64,000 nucleotides of DNA from Planctomycetota bacterium. Lineage in GTDB: Bacteria > Planctomycetota > UBA1135 > UBA2386. Position 1 is the stretch's first letter; each line of letters starts with the position of its first letter. This document shows positions 1-9,147 of the stretch, piece after piece. Location of the stretch: NCBI GenBank assembly GCA_046290465.1, contig JBKAGP010000001.1:3904001-3968000 (forward strand). The letters run 5' to 3'. The notes below the pieces were generated by a model that was given only the letters and a program-made list of their open reading frames with translations, was not told the origin of the DNA and searched no databases. Position numbers and translations under genes: made by a program.

Positions 1-1127
1 TTCCAGACGATGCGCTGCAGACCGAACTTGGCCGGCCCGCGCGAGCCCCACCCCCGACCCGTCTGGCCGACCCACAGGCTGCCGTCCTTGGCGAACCGCG
101 AGCGCACGACGCCGCTCTGCAGGTGGTCGACGAAGTTGATCGCGCAGCCCTGGTAGCGACCGCCGACCCGCTCCAGCACGATGCGGAACACGTTGGAGCG
201 CGTCTGGTCGCCGCAGAACAACTGGCCGACGAACGGGCCGAAGCGGCCCTGCGTGGCGTCGAGCACCGGCTCGCCCGGTGAGTTGGCGAGGTCGCCGTGC
301 GGGAACCACACCGCCGGCGCGCGCCGCAGCTGGCCGTACTTCTCGATCGGGATCGCGTCGAGGTCCTTGCCCGCGTAGTCGGGATGGTCGGTCAGCGACG
401 ACGGGTGGCCGTGGAAGTCGCCGCGCTGCATCACGAACAGGCACGACGTCGCGACCCAGTCGCCCTGGTTGTCGGTGCACAGCAGTTCGCCGCGCGCGCC
501 GAGGCCGATGCCGGCGGGCGAACGCAGCCCGCTCGACCACGGTTCGAACGCGCCGTCGGGCGTGATCCGCCACGACCAGCCGCGGTACTTCGCGGCGCGG
601 CCCATCTTGCCGTCGTGCACGCGCGCGACGTCCCACTTGTCGCTGCCGGCCCAGCCGGGCCAGCTCAGCGTCGTGTTGAGCGAGCCGTAGAAGTTGCCGT
701 CGGCGTCGCGCACGAGGCCGTAGGCGTACTCGTGGTAGTTGTCGGTCAGGCCCCACGCGTCGCAGACGGTGCGGAAGCGATCGGCGCGGCCGTCGCCGTC
801 CTCGTCGATCAGCTCGGTCAGTTCGGGACGCTGCACGCAGAACACCTGCCTCGTCTTCGGGTCGACCAGCAGGCCGAGCGGCTCGTGCAGGCCGTCGGCG
901 AACAGCTGCCACTTGCCGGCGCGCCAGGTCCAGACCTGGCCCTCGCGTGTGCTGACGAACAGCGTGCCGTCCGACGCGAACGACATGCCACCGACGCCGA
1001 ACGCGCGGCCCTTTGGCGTCTCGATCGTCTCGACCGTGTAGCCGGCCGGGATCACGTCGGGCTGCTGGGCGCAGAGGCCGGCCGCGGCGACGGCGAACAC
1101 CGCCGACCTCGTCGTGCAGCGCATCAT
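1..1127 (-). CDS. Secreted beta-propeller protein, DUF7133/sorbosone-dehydrogenase-like (3' end outside window)
   Basis: Hand-translated, not in ORF track: MMRCTTRSAVFAVAAAGLCAQQ..., motifs FADGLHEPLG, DEDGDGRAD, NYHEYAYG, GLRSPAG, TDNQGDW; ATG overlaps the upstream gene's stop (ATGA). Confidence 0.75.
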   Translation of the reverse strand, partial: MMRCTTRSAVFAVAAAGLCAQQPDVIPAGYTVETIETPKGRAFGVGGMSFASDGTLFVSTREGQVWTWRAGKWQLFADGLHEPLGLLVDPKTRQVFCVQRPELTELIDEDGDGRADRFRTVCDAWGLTDNYHEYAYGLVRDADGNFYGSLNTTLSWPGWAGSDKWDVARVHDGKMGRAAKYRGWSWRITPDGAFEPWSSGLRSPAGIGLGARGELLCTDNQGDWVATSCLFVMQRGDFHGHPSSLTDHPDYAGKDLDAIPIEKYGQLRRAPAVWFPHGDLANSPGEPVLDATQGRFGPFVGQLFCGDQTRSNVFRIVLERVGGRYQGCAINFVDHLQSGVVRSRFAKDGSLWVGQTGRGWGSRGPAKFGLQRIVW

Positions 1128-2605
1128 CGCACGCCCTCCGGGTTGCCGACCGTGACCGAGAACGTCCTGGTGCCCGCCGGCACCGTCAGGAAGCCGTTCT
1201 GCAGCGCGCCGAGTCCGGACGCCACCTGCAGCCCCTTCGGGTCGATGCAGAACCGGACCGCGTCGGCGAGCGGTTCGGCGAACGTGAACGTGTAGGCCAG
1301 ACCGACGCCGACGGCCGCGGGCTCGACCGACCAGGTCATCGCCTTGCCGTCCCAGTCCAGGTCGAACGTCGGCATCGGCCTGGTGCGATAGCCACGGAAG
1401 CGCACCGGACGTGCGCTGCCGTCGGCGCGCCGCAGCGGGAAGCCGACGTCGCCGACGCCGAAGCGCGGCCCGAGCGTCTTGCACGGCCGGCCACCACGGC
1501 CGTCGCGATCCGGTCCGACGTCGAGGAACGCGCCCGCCCAGCCGAACTGCACCGCGCACCGTTCGGCGTCGAACGCGTAGTTCATGCCACCGGTCAGTCC
1601 GACCGCGATCGTGCGCGCGCTCGCGCCCTCGACGTGCACGCGCAGGACGACCGGATGGTGGTGCACCGCGACCGGCGTGACGCGCGCCGCCTTGGCCTGC
1701 CGGGTCCACAGCTTGCGACGCTTGCCGTCCGGGCCCGCCAACGCGAGCTTCAGCACCTGGCCACCGCCGCCCTGGAAGAACTCGACGCGCAGCTGGTGCG
1801 CGCCCGCCGTCAACGCGACCGAGCCGCGCTGCTCCGCGTTCGCCGGGTGCACACCGTCATGGGCGACGACCTCACGATCGTCGACCAGCACACGCGAACC
1901 GTCGTCGCTGTTGAGGAAGAACGTGTGCTGACCCGCGCGCGCCACCTCGATGCTGCCGGTGAACACGACCCCGTAGTCCTTGCGTTCGCCGAGCGGCGCC
2001 AGCTGCAGCAGGCCGTCGTCGAGGTCGCCCTCGCGGAACGGCGTCAGCGCGGTGAAGTCCGGCAGCTGCTGCCAACGGCCGCGGAACACGCGGTAGCGCA
2101 GGTTGGCGATCGGCACCGCGCCGCCCGGCTCCTTGCCGGCACCGACGTGCATCACGCCCTTCATCGTGAACGAGTGCCCCGGCAGCGTGCAGACGTAGGC
2201 GTAGTCGCCGGCCTGCTTCGGCGCGCGGAACCAGATCGTGTCGCTCTGGTCCAAGAAGATCGCCTTGGTGCTCGCCAGCACCTCGTCGAGGTCGGGCACG
2301 TAGTGCTTCTCGCTCGCCGATGCGCCGAGCTGCAGCGTCGCCGCCGCGACCTTCGCCGCGACCCCTTTGCCCTGCGCACACAGCACCAGGTTGTGCTGCA
2401 TCGCGTCGGTGTTGCGCAGGGTCAGCTTGACCTTGCTGCCGGGCGCCACGGTGAAGCGCTCCTTGTCGAAGCGCAGCTGGCCGGGCAGCACGCCGATCCG
2501 GATGTCGAAGTCGGTCTGCTCGAAGCCGGCGGGCGGCGACTGTCCGAGCAGCGACGCCGCGCACCACGCGAACGTCAGGAGACGCAGGGAGTTCGAGAGA
2601 GGCAC
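1124..2605 (-). CDS. Blue-copper (auracyanin/azurin-like) plus PA14 domain secreted protein
   Basis: Type-1 Cu motifs HNLV and YVCTLPGHSFTM; PA14 motifs FFLNSDDGSRV, HDGVH, LRVEFFQGGG; GTG start chosen to give a signal peptide. Confidence 0.85.
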   Translation of the reverse strand: MPLSNSLRLLTFAWCAASLLGQSPPAGFEQTDFDIRIGVLPGQLRFDKERFTVAPGSKVKLTLRNTDAMQHNLVLCAQGKGVAAKVAAATLQLGASASEKHYVPDLDEVLASTKAIFLDQSDTIWFRAPKQAGDYAYVCTLPGHSFTMKGVMHVGAGKEPGGAVPIANLRYRVFRGRWQQLPDFTALTPFREGDLDDGLLQLAPLGERKDYGVVFTGSIEVARAGQHTFFLNSDDGSRVLVDDREVVAHDGVHPANAEQRGSVALTAGAHQLRVEFFQGGGGQVLKLALAGPDGKRRKLWTRQAKAARVTPVAVHHHPVVLRVHVEGASARTIAVGLTGGMNYAFDAERCAVQFGWAGAFLDVGPDRDGRGGRPCKTLGPRFGVGDVGFPLRRADGSARPVRFRGYRTRPMPTFDLDWDGKAMTWSVEPAAVGVGLAYTFTFAEPLADAVRFCIDPKGLQVASGLGALQNGFLTVPAGTRTFSVTVGNPEGVR

Positions 2606-2735
2606 GGCCGAGAGCCTATCCGCAGGGCCGGCGACCCCGGTTGCCACGCAGCAGAAAGCGACTAACGTCCTGCGCGGGCATACGCCCCAGGGAAGCACGG
2701 CCGTGGATCCGGCCGGAAACGCTCAGGAGACCTCC

Positions 2736-3797
2736 ATGCAGATCGCACGCATCCTCACCGCAGCCGCGCTCGGCGCGCTGCTCAGCGCGTCGCTCGGCGC
2801 GCAGAACGTCGTCTACCACGGCAACACGTCGACGACCACCGGCGGCCCCAACGCCTACCCGCTCGGCAAGGAAGGCATCCGCTGCCAGCAGCTGATCCCG
2901 GGCAGCGTGTTCGGCGGGCTGCCGTCGGTCATCAACGACGTCTACTTCAACATGTCGAACTACGGCGGCCTCGCCGGGACGCAGATCTACTTCGACGACA
3001 TCGAGATCCAGATGAGCTCGACGCCGTCGCAGTCGCTGAGCAGCGACTACGCCGCAAACATGCCGTTCGCGCAGCTGGTCTACCGCGGGCCGCTGCTGGT
3101 CAACCTGACCGGTGACGCCTGGAGCCCGATCGGGCTGCCGCTGTCGTACGTGTTCGTGCCGTTCTCGCCGACCGACAACCTGGTCGTCGACTTCACGATC
3201 TGGAGCGTCGCCGACAGCGGCGCGATGACCCCCAACAGCCTCGGCCACTACGTCTACTTCCGAACGGACACCAACCTCGGCATCGAACGCGCGGTCACCA
3301 CCGACTGGACCACGCTGCAACCGACGACCGCGCAGGCGGTCGACGACTACGGCGCCAAGATGGGCTTCCTGCTGTTCGACGGCCAGTTCGTCGCGCACCT
3401 CGGCTCGTGCCCGGGCTCGTCCGGTGCCGTCCCGCGGATCGGCGCACAACCCGGCACCTGGCCGGTGGCGAACTCGACGTTCGACGTCGAGCTGACCGAC
3501 GGGCCGAGCAACTCGCTCGCGGCACTCGTGCTGAGCCTCGAGACGACCAACTACCTCGGCGTGCCGCTGCCGTTCGACATGGCTCCGATCGGCGCCGCGG
3601 GCTGCACGTTCTGGCACGGCAGCGAGGTCGCCTTCGCGCCGGTGCTCACCGACGTCAACGGCGCGGCGACGCAGCCGCTGGTGTTCCCGGCGGCGTTCCC
3701 GGGCGGCATCCGCTTCTACGGCAGCTGGCTGACGCTCGACGCCAACGCCAACGCGCTCGGCATCGTGCCGTCCGGGTTCGCGACGATGAGCCTGTAG
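2736..3797 (+). CDS. Secreted protein with shared C-terminal domain
   Basis: AGGAGA RBS, signal peptide ending SLGA|Q, C-terminal LPFDMAPIGAAGC...NALGIVPS. Confidence 0.85.
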   Translation: MQIARILTAAALGALLSASLGAQNVVYHGNTSTTTGGPNAYPLGKEGIRCQQLIPGSVFGGLPSVINDVYFNMSNYGGLAGTQIYFDDIEIQMSSTPSQSLSSDYAANMPFAQLVYRGPLLVNLTGDAWSPIGLPLSYVFVPFSPTDNLVVDFTIWSVADSGAMTPNSLGHYVYFRTDTNLGIERAVTTDWTTLQPTTAQAVDDYGAKMGFLLFDGQFVAHLGSCPGSSGAVPRIGAQPGTWPVANSTFDVELTDGPSNSLAALVLSLETTNYLGVPLPFDMAPIGAAGCTFWHGSEVAFAPVLTDVNGAATQPLVFPAAFPGGIRFYGSWLTLDANANALGIVPSGFATMSL

Positions 3798-4069
3798 CGC
3801 GCGCGTCGCGTCGTTCGGGAAGAAGCGGACGGTCCGCATCCGTAACGAAGCTGTTGCAGCCGCTCGGCGGCGGCCACGGACCGACCCGGCTTCGAGAAGC
3901 CCCGAACAGTCTGGAACGGCACCCATTGCGGCCTCCCGCGCACGAATCGCAGCAGCGATCCGATTTCTCGCGTGACGAACGGCGCGCCCGGGCACGTTCG
4001 CAAAGGACACAGCGTGCGCGATCGACGGTACGCTGCCGCCCCCCTCACCACCCAACGAAGGAGCTGCCC

Positions 4070-5167
4070 GTGAACCACCGTGCCCCGATCCTCGCCGCGA
4101 CCGCCCTCGCGCTGTGCGCCGCCGACCTGCTTGCGCAGGACAACGTCTTCGTCGTCTTCCCGCAGGATCCGCTGCGCCAGACGATCACCGCCGCGTCGTA
4201 CGTACGCCGCCCCGACTGGAACCTCGCAGCCGAGGGCTTCCAGGAGGTCTCGACCGACTGGTTCCGCGGCGTCGGCAACCTCGGTGGCGGCGCGCTCGCG
4301 TTCGGCTTCTACCACTGGGCCGGCGACCTCGACTCGGCGACGGCCGAGACCTACGACGTGATCCTGCGCACCGCCGACGCCGCCGGGCAGCCGGACCTGG
4401 CGCCGACCGGCGTGATCGTCGAGGTCACCGGGCTGACGACGCCGACCGGCGGCGGCGGCAACCAGGGCTGGATCATGACCGACAACTTCGCGACGCCGGC
4501 GATCCTGCCGACCGACGCGACGTGGTTCCAGGGTATGCGCCTGCCGGCGAGCCCCAACTGGCCGAACACCGACGGACACTCGATCTGGTCGGCCGACACG
4601 CTCGCGATCGGCACGCCGGCGACCGTCGGCGAGAACGCCCGCATGACCGCGCCGCCGGTGACCTGGGCCGTCACCGCGAGCAGTTCGTTCCTGCAGACGC
4701 AGTGGACCTACATCATGGGCACGATCGTCGACAACCCGACGTTCCACCTCGGCGGCATCGACCCGGGGAGCCTGCGCACCGGCAGCGGCGTCGCCGGCGA
4801 CCCGAGCTACGGCATGGCGGGCCTGTTCCCCGACGTGTCGGGATCGCCGCGCATGGACGGGCTCAACATGCGCCTCGAGGACGGCAACGGTGCCAACGGC
4901 ATCGCGGTGTTCTTCGGCGGCAACGCGTGGCAGACGATCCCGTCGCTGCAGATCCCGCCGTTCGTCGGCGACGTGCAGATCGACCTCGCCAGCCTCGTGC
5001 CGCTCGGCTTCGCGCTGCCCGTCGGCGGCGCTGCCGTCGCACCGCTCGCCGGCCCCGGCGCCATCTCGCCCGCGCTGATCGGCAGCGAGCTGATGTTCCA
5101 GGGCCTGATGTTCGATCCGGCGACCGGCGGCGGCCAGCTGTCCAACGCCCAGGTCGTCAACTTCTGA
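4070..5167 (+). CDS. Secreted hypothetical protein with variant shared C-terminal domain
   Basis: AAGGAG RBS, GTG start, signal DLLA|Q, ends SPALIGSELMFQGLMFDP...LSNAQVVNF. Confidence 0.85.
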   Translation: MNHRAPILAATALALCAADLLAQDNVFVVFPQDPLRQTITAASYVRRPDWNLAAEGFQEVSTDWFRGVGNLGGGALAFGFYHWAGDLDSATAETYDVILRTADAAGQPDLAPTGVIVEVTGLTTPTGGGGNQGWIMTDNFATPAILPTDATWFQGMRLPASPNWPNTDGHSIWSADTLAIGTPATVGENARMTAPPVTWAVTASSSFLQTQWTYIMGTIVDNPTFHLGGIDPGSLRTGSGVAGDPSYGMAGLFPDVSGSPRMDGLNMRLEDGNGANGIAVFFGGNAWQTIPSLQIPPFVGDVQIDLASLVPLGFALPVGGAAVAPLAGPGAISPALIGSELMFQGLMFDPATGGGQLSNAQVVNF

Positions 5168-5670
5168 TGATGCGCGGCGCCCTGTTGACCGCGCTCGCCG
5201 CGGCGCTGCTGGCCGGTGCCACCGCGTGGCGCTGCGGCTGCTTCGACGGCGAGGTCGAAGCGGCCACCGGCCCGTCCACGCCACCGCCGACGACCTCGCG
5301 CGATGCCGCAACCGGCACCGACGCGAGCACGGCGCAGGCCGCGTTCCCGGCCGAACCGGAGCCCGCCGCCCCCGCGCCGACCGACCCGCGCGCGACCATG
5401 CTGCTGCCCGACGGCAGCCGGGTCGCGACGCTCAACGGCGCGACCTCCGTGCGCCCGCTGCAGGAGGTCTGGCCCAAGAACCGACCGTGGAGCCCGATCG
5501 TCGGCGTCGAACGTTCGGACGTCGGCGTCGAGTGGTACGTGCACGCCGACGGCTGCCGCTCGACCACCGAGATGCGCTGGCGCGCCGACCTCGGCCGCGA
5601 CGACGCCGTCACCCGCGTCGCGCAGCCGATGCCCGCCGACGCCAAGCCGGTCACGACGCCGCCGAGGTAG
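5167..5670 (+). CDS. N-terminally anchored or secreted hypothetical protein
   Basis: TGATG overlap with upstream stop; hydrophobic N-terminus, Pro/Thr/Ala linker, globular C-terminus. Confidence 0.75.
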   Translation: MMRGALLTALAAALLAGATAWRCGCFDGEVEAATGPSTPPPTTSRDAATGTDASTAQAAFPAEPEPAAPAPTDPRATMLLPDGSRVATLNGATSVRPLQEVWPKNRPWSPIVGVERSDVGVEWYVHADGCRSTTEMRWRADLGRDDAVTRVAQPMPADAKPVTTPPR

Positions 5671-5753
5671 CGTCCGTCGGCGCCACCTTTGGCGTCGCAC
5701 GCGCGCACCATGGCCGGGGGTTCAGCTTTCTGTCGGTTCGGCTGAGCGCGCGC

Positions 5754-7424
5754 TCAGCGGTGCAGCTCGACCAGCGTCGGGCTCTTGGCCCCGGGCTCGA
5801 GCGTCAGCGTCACCGGCTGGTATCCCGGCGCTACGATCTCGATCCGGCACGCCGTCGCCGGCGCCCCCACCGCGAGCGTCGGGCGCGAGAAGTCGTACTG
5901 CGCGTGGTTGCCGAGCACGAACTTGTCGCCACTCCAGCGCCCTTCGACGCGTGACACGAGCCGTTCGCCGTCGAACGCCGACGCGACCACGGTGCCGTCG
6001 ATGTCCGCCGGAGCACCGTCGGGGCCGTGCAACCGGAAGAAGTGGTTGCGCGCGAACCGGGTCGTCGTCGACGGCATGCGGATCGTCACCAACTCCGGTG
6101 CCGCCGCCGTCAGGTCGACCTCGACGCTGCCGGCCGGCACGAAGTCGCCGCGCACCGCGGTCAGCGTCACCGGCGCCGCCGGCAGCCGACGCAGCTCGGC
6201 GATGCCGCGGGCGTCGACGGCGACCTCCTTGCCCATCATGCGCAGCCGCCCCGGCATCTCGACCGCGCGCCCGTCACCGTCCCGCGCGCGCACCTTGGCA
6301 CCCTTGGCCGGCGAGCCGTCTGGCAGCACGACCTGCACCCGCAGGCTACGCGCCGGTATCAGCGTCAGGTCGACGATGTGCGCCCCGGCCTGGTAGTCCC
6401 GTTCGGCTACCGAGTGGCGCGCGTAACCGTCGGGCGTCGCGCTGAACGAGAACCGGCCGACGTCGAGGCCCTGCACCTCGTAGCGCCCCTGCGCGTCGGT
6501 GATCGCATTGGCGACGCCCGTCGCCGAGTAGCCGCCGGCGGACCGCTTGACCCGCATCACTTGCAGCCGCGCCTTGGCGATCGGGTCCCCGGTCCGTCGA
6601 TCCGTCAGCTGCCCGGAGAACGTCACGCTGCCGCCGAGGTGTGTGCCCAGCCGCAGCACGACGCCCCGTTCGTCCGATCGCGCCCGGACCGATCCGGTGA
6701 CCCCTCGGTGGTTGGCGCGCAGCCGATGCGTGCCGGGCAACGCCGCCGGCAGCTCGAACCGGCCCGAAGCATCGGTCTCGACCTGGAACGTCGCCGGCGG
6801 CATCTCGCCCTCGATCACGCGCCACGGCCGCATGCCCATTGGCATGTACGGCTTGTCGGTGTGCACCTGCACGCCGGCGACCGGCCGGCCGTCGGCGTCG
6901 ACGACGGTGCCGGTGATGCGGTCGCTCGGCGGGACCCAGAGGATCATTCGCTGGTTGCCGGAGACCTTCCAGCCCTCGTGTCGCAGCCGCGGCAGGCCGT
7001 TGGGCGCGACCCGCGTCGTCAGCGACCTGGCGGCCGGCGCGACCTCGTCGAACGCAAACCGGCCCTTCTCCCCCGAGACCGTCGACAGCACCGTGTTGCC
7101 GTCGGCGTCGACCAGTTCGATCAGGATGCCGGCGACCCCGCTGCCCTGGGTCTGCTTGACCACACCGTGCAGCCCCGGCGCATCCGAACGGTCCCGACGC
7201 CCCGGTCCCGCCGGACCGGCCGCCGCCGGCCCCTGAGGCTTCGGCGCGGGCGCGGCGGTGCGTTCGAGCGCCTGTTCCGGCTCCGGTTCGGGCGCAGGCT
7301 GCTGCTGCCGCTGCTCGACCGGCGGCTGCTGGGGTGCGGGGTCCCGCCCATCGCGCAGCCAGAGCCAGAGGGCGAGGGCGGCGGTGGCCGCGACGAGGGC
7401 GAGGATCAGGCGGTAGCGCTGCAT
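5754..7424 (-). CDS. Membrane-anchored carboxypeptidase-regulatory-like (Cna-B-type) repeat protein
   Basis: N-terminal TM; repeated GxVVDxxGxPVxG and TDxxGRF/Y motifs. Confidence 0.85.
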   Translation of the reverse strand: MQRYRLILALVAATAALALWLWLRDGRDPAPQQPPVEQRQQQPAPEPEPEQALERTAAPAPKPQGPAAAGPAGPGRRDRSDAPGLHGVVKQTQGSGVAGILIELVDADGNTVLSTVSGEKGRFAFDEVAPAARSLTTRVAPNGLPRLRHEGWKVSGNQRMILWVPPSDRITGTVVDADGRPVAGVQVHTDKPYMPMGMRPWRVIEGEMPPATFQVETDASGRFELPAALPGTHRLRANHRGVTGSVRARSDERGVVLRLGTHLGGSVTFSGQLTDRRTGDPIAKARLQVMRVKRSAGGYSATGVANAITDAQGRYEVQGLDVGRFSFSATPDGYARHSVAERDYQAGAHIVDLTLIPARSLRVQVVLPDGSPAKGAKVRARDGDGRAVEMPGRLRMMGKEVAVDARGIAELRRLPAAPVTLTAVRGDFVPAGSVEVDLTAAAPELVTIRMPSTTTRFARNHFFRLHGPDGAPADIDGTVVASAFDGERLVSRVEGRWSGDKFVLGNHAQYDFSRPTLAVGAPATACRIEIVAPGYQPVTLTLEPGAKSPTLVELHR

Positions 7425-7535
7425 GGCGGTGCGGACCCCGGAGGGCTTGCCGGGGTGGCGAGCGGAACGACGCCCGTGCCGACATGGTTCCCTCGAATCC
7501 GCGCCAATCCTGACGAGCCGATCCCGACGCGCCGA

Positions 7536-8927
7536 TCAGAACGGCCCGAACGTCCACTCGACGCCGCTCGACGTCACCACCTGCGCCGGGTTGGCGCCGG
7601 GCGCCAGCGCGAACGCCTGCAAGAACACCTGCTGGCCGATCAGGTTGAGGTCGTTGGGGATGTTCTCGTCGCGACGCAGCAGCGGAATCGCCGGCGATAC
7701 GACCGAGAACGGCAGGCCCAGCACGTCGGCCGACGTCAGCAGCTGGCAGCCGGTCAGGCCGAACGAACCCAGGTCGATCGGCAGCGGCGCGCCCTGGAAG
7801 GTGGTGCCACTGGTGCCGATCATCAGGAACGCCACCGTGCTCGGCGCCTGCGTGATCAGGATGCTCGCGCTCGAACCGATCACCGGCAGCGACGACAGGA
7901 TCGTGTTGCCGGTCTGCGCGCAGTTGCTGCCGTAGACCGTCGCGGTCGCCTGCGGCAGCGACTGCCCCGACACCCAGGTGTCGCTCGGGTAGGAGGCCAG
8001 GAAGGTGTTCCGGCCGCCGAACATCATCAGTTCCTGGCGCGCCTCGTCGTAGACCATCGCGCCCTCGGCGCGCGGCCCCGGCACCGAGCCGACGAGCGTC
8101 TGCCAGGACGTTCCGTCGAAGTAGGCCTGGTCGCTGTAGACCGTCTGCGAGATGGCCGTGTTGCCGCCGTAGCGCACCGGCGCCTGCAGGTCCTGCGAGA
8201 AGGCCAGCATCGTGCCGCCGCGGCCGCGCGGCGCCGCGACGACGTCGTTGCTCCAGTTGCTGCCATCCCAGCTCCAGACATCGTCGTACGACGACAGGTT
8301 GTTGGGACTGACCGCACCGCCGTAGATGCGCACGTTGCCGGTCGCCGGGTCGAACCAGGCAAGCCCGTCGGCCCGCTGCGGCGGAATCTGGCTGGGGAAC
8401 CGTTCGGTCCAGTCGACGCCGTCGTACTCGTAGGTCCGCCCAGAGAAGAACGTGCCGTCCGAGCCCCCGAACATCACCACGACCTGGCGCAGCGGATCGT
8501 AGGCCATCAGCGCGCCCGCGCGCGGCGGCGGCATGTTGGGCGTCGTGACCTGCGTCCAGTCCGTTCCGTCCCAGGTCCACATGTCGCCGCGAACGGTCGA
8601 ACCGGCGCGACCGCCGAACATCATCACGACACCTCGCGCCTCGTCGTAGACCATCGACGCCCGCTGCCGGGTCGACGGCCGCTGCGTGGGTTGGACCTGC
8701 GTCCAGCCGAAGCCGCTCCAGATCCACGTGTCATCGAGCGCGTTGGCGTTGTAGCCGCCGAACATGACGATGTTCTGGTTGGCCTTGTCGAAGACCATCG
8801 CGGGATACCCCCGCCCCTGCGGGCTGACCGCGGCGCCGATCGGCACCTGCTGCCAGTCGAGGACCTGCGCCGGCGCAATGGCGGCCGAGGCGAGCAGCGG
8901 GAGGAGACGTAGCGACAGTCGGGGCAT
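7536..8927 (-). CDS. Secreted Kelch-like beta-propeller with shared C-terminal domain
   Basis: Repeats MVYDxxRxxxxMFGG...TWxWDGxxW; signal APA|Q; C-terminal IPNDLNLIGQQVFLQA...SSG. Confidence 0.9.
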   Translation of the reverse strand: MPRLSLRLLPLLASAAIAPAQVLDWQQVPIGAAVSPQGRGYPAMVFDKANQNIVMFGGYNANALDDTWIWSGFGWTQVQPTQRPSTRQRASMVYDEARGVVMMFGGRAGSTVRGDMWTWDGTDWTQVTTPNMPPPRAGALMAYDPLRQVVVMFGGSDGTFFSGRTYEYDGVDWTERFPSQIPPQRADGLAWFDPATGNVRIYGGAVSPNNLSSYDDVWSWDGSNWSNDVVAAPRGRGGTMLAFSQDLQAPVRYGGNTAISQTVYSDQAYFDGTSWQTLVGSVPGPRAEGAMVYDEARQELMMFGGRNTFLASYPSDTWVSGQSLPQATATVYGSNCAQTGNTILSSLPVIGSSASILITQAPSTVAFLMIGTSGTTFQGAPLPIDLGSFGLTGCQLLTSADVLGLPFSVVSPAIPLLRRDENIPNDLNLIGQQVFLQAFALAPGANPAQVVTSSGVEWTFGPF

Positions 8928-9147
8928 CGTTCCGTTGTCCGGGGTGCAGGGTCGTGGGCACGGCGGGGCGCGGCCCACGGGAGGTAGGCGCAGGTCGACC
9001 GTTGGTGTCACTCGGGTTTTCTGGTCGACGGCACGCCTTACCACCGACCAGAGCAGCGCGCCCCTGGGCGGCCGGCATGCGGTCTGTCGTCATCAGCGGC
9101 CTGCTGTGCATCGCTTACGGAGCACCTGGCTCACCGTCGGTGCAGCG

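Noticed and set aside
3976..3991. Exact 16-bp match CGAACGGCGCGCCCGG with 41727-41742 as a shared ECF promoter motif
   Set aside because: A GC-rich 16-mer match is plausible by chance in a window this size; spacing to the start codons differs
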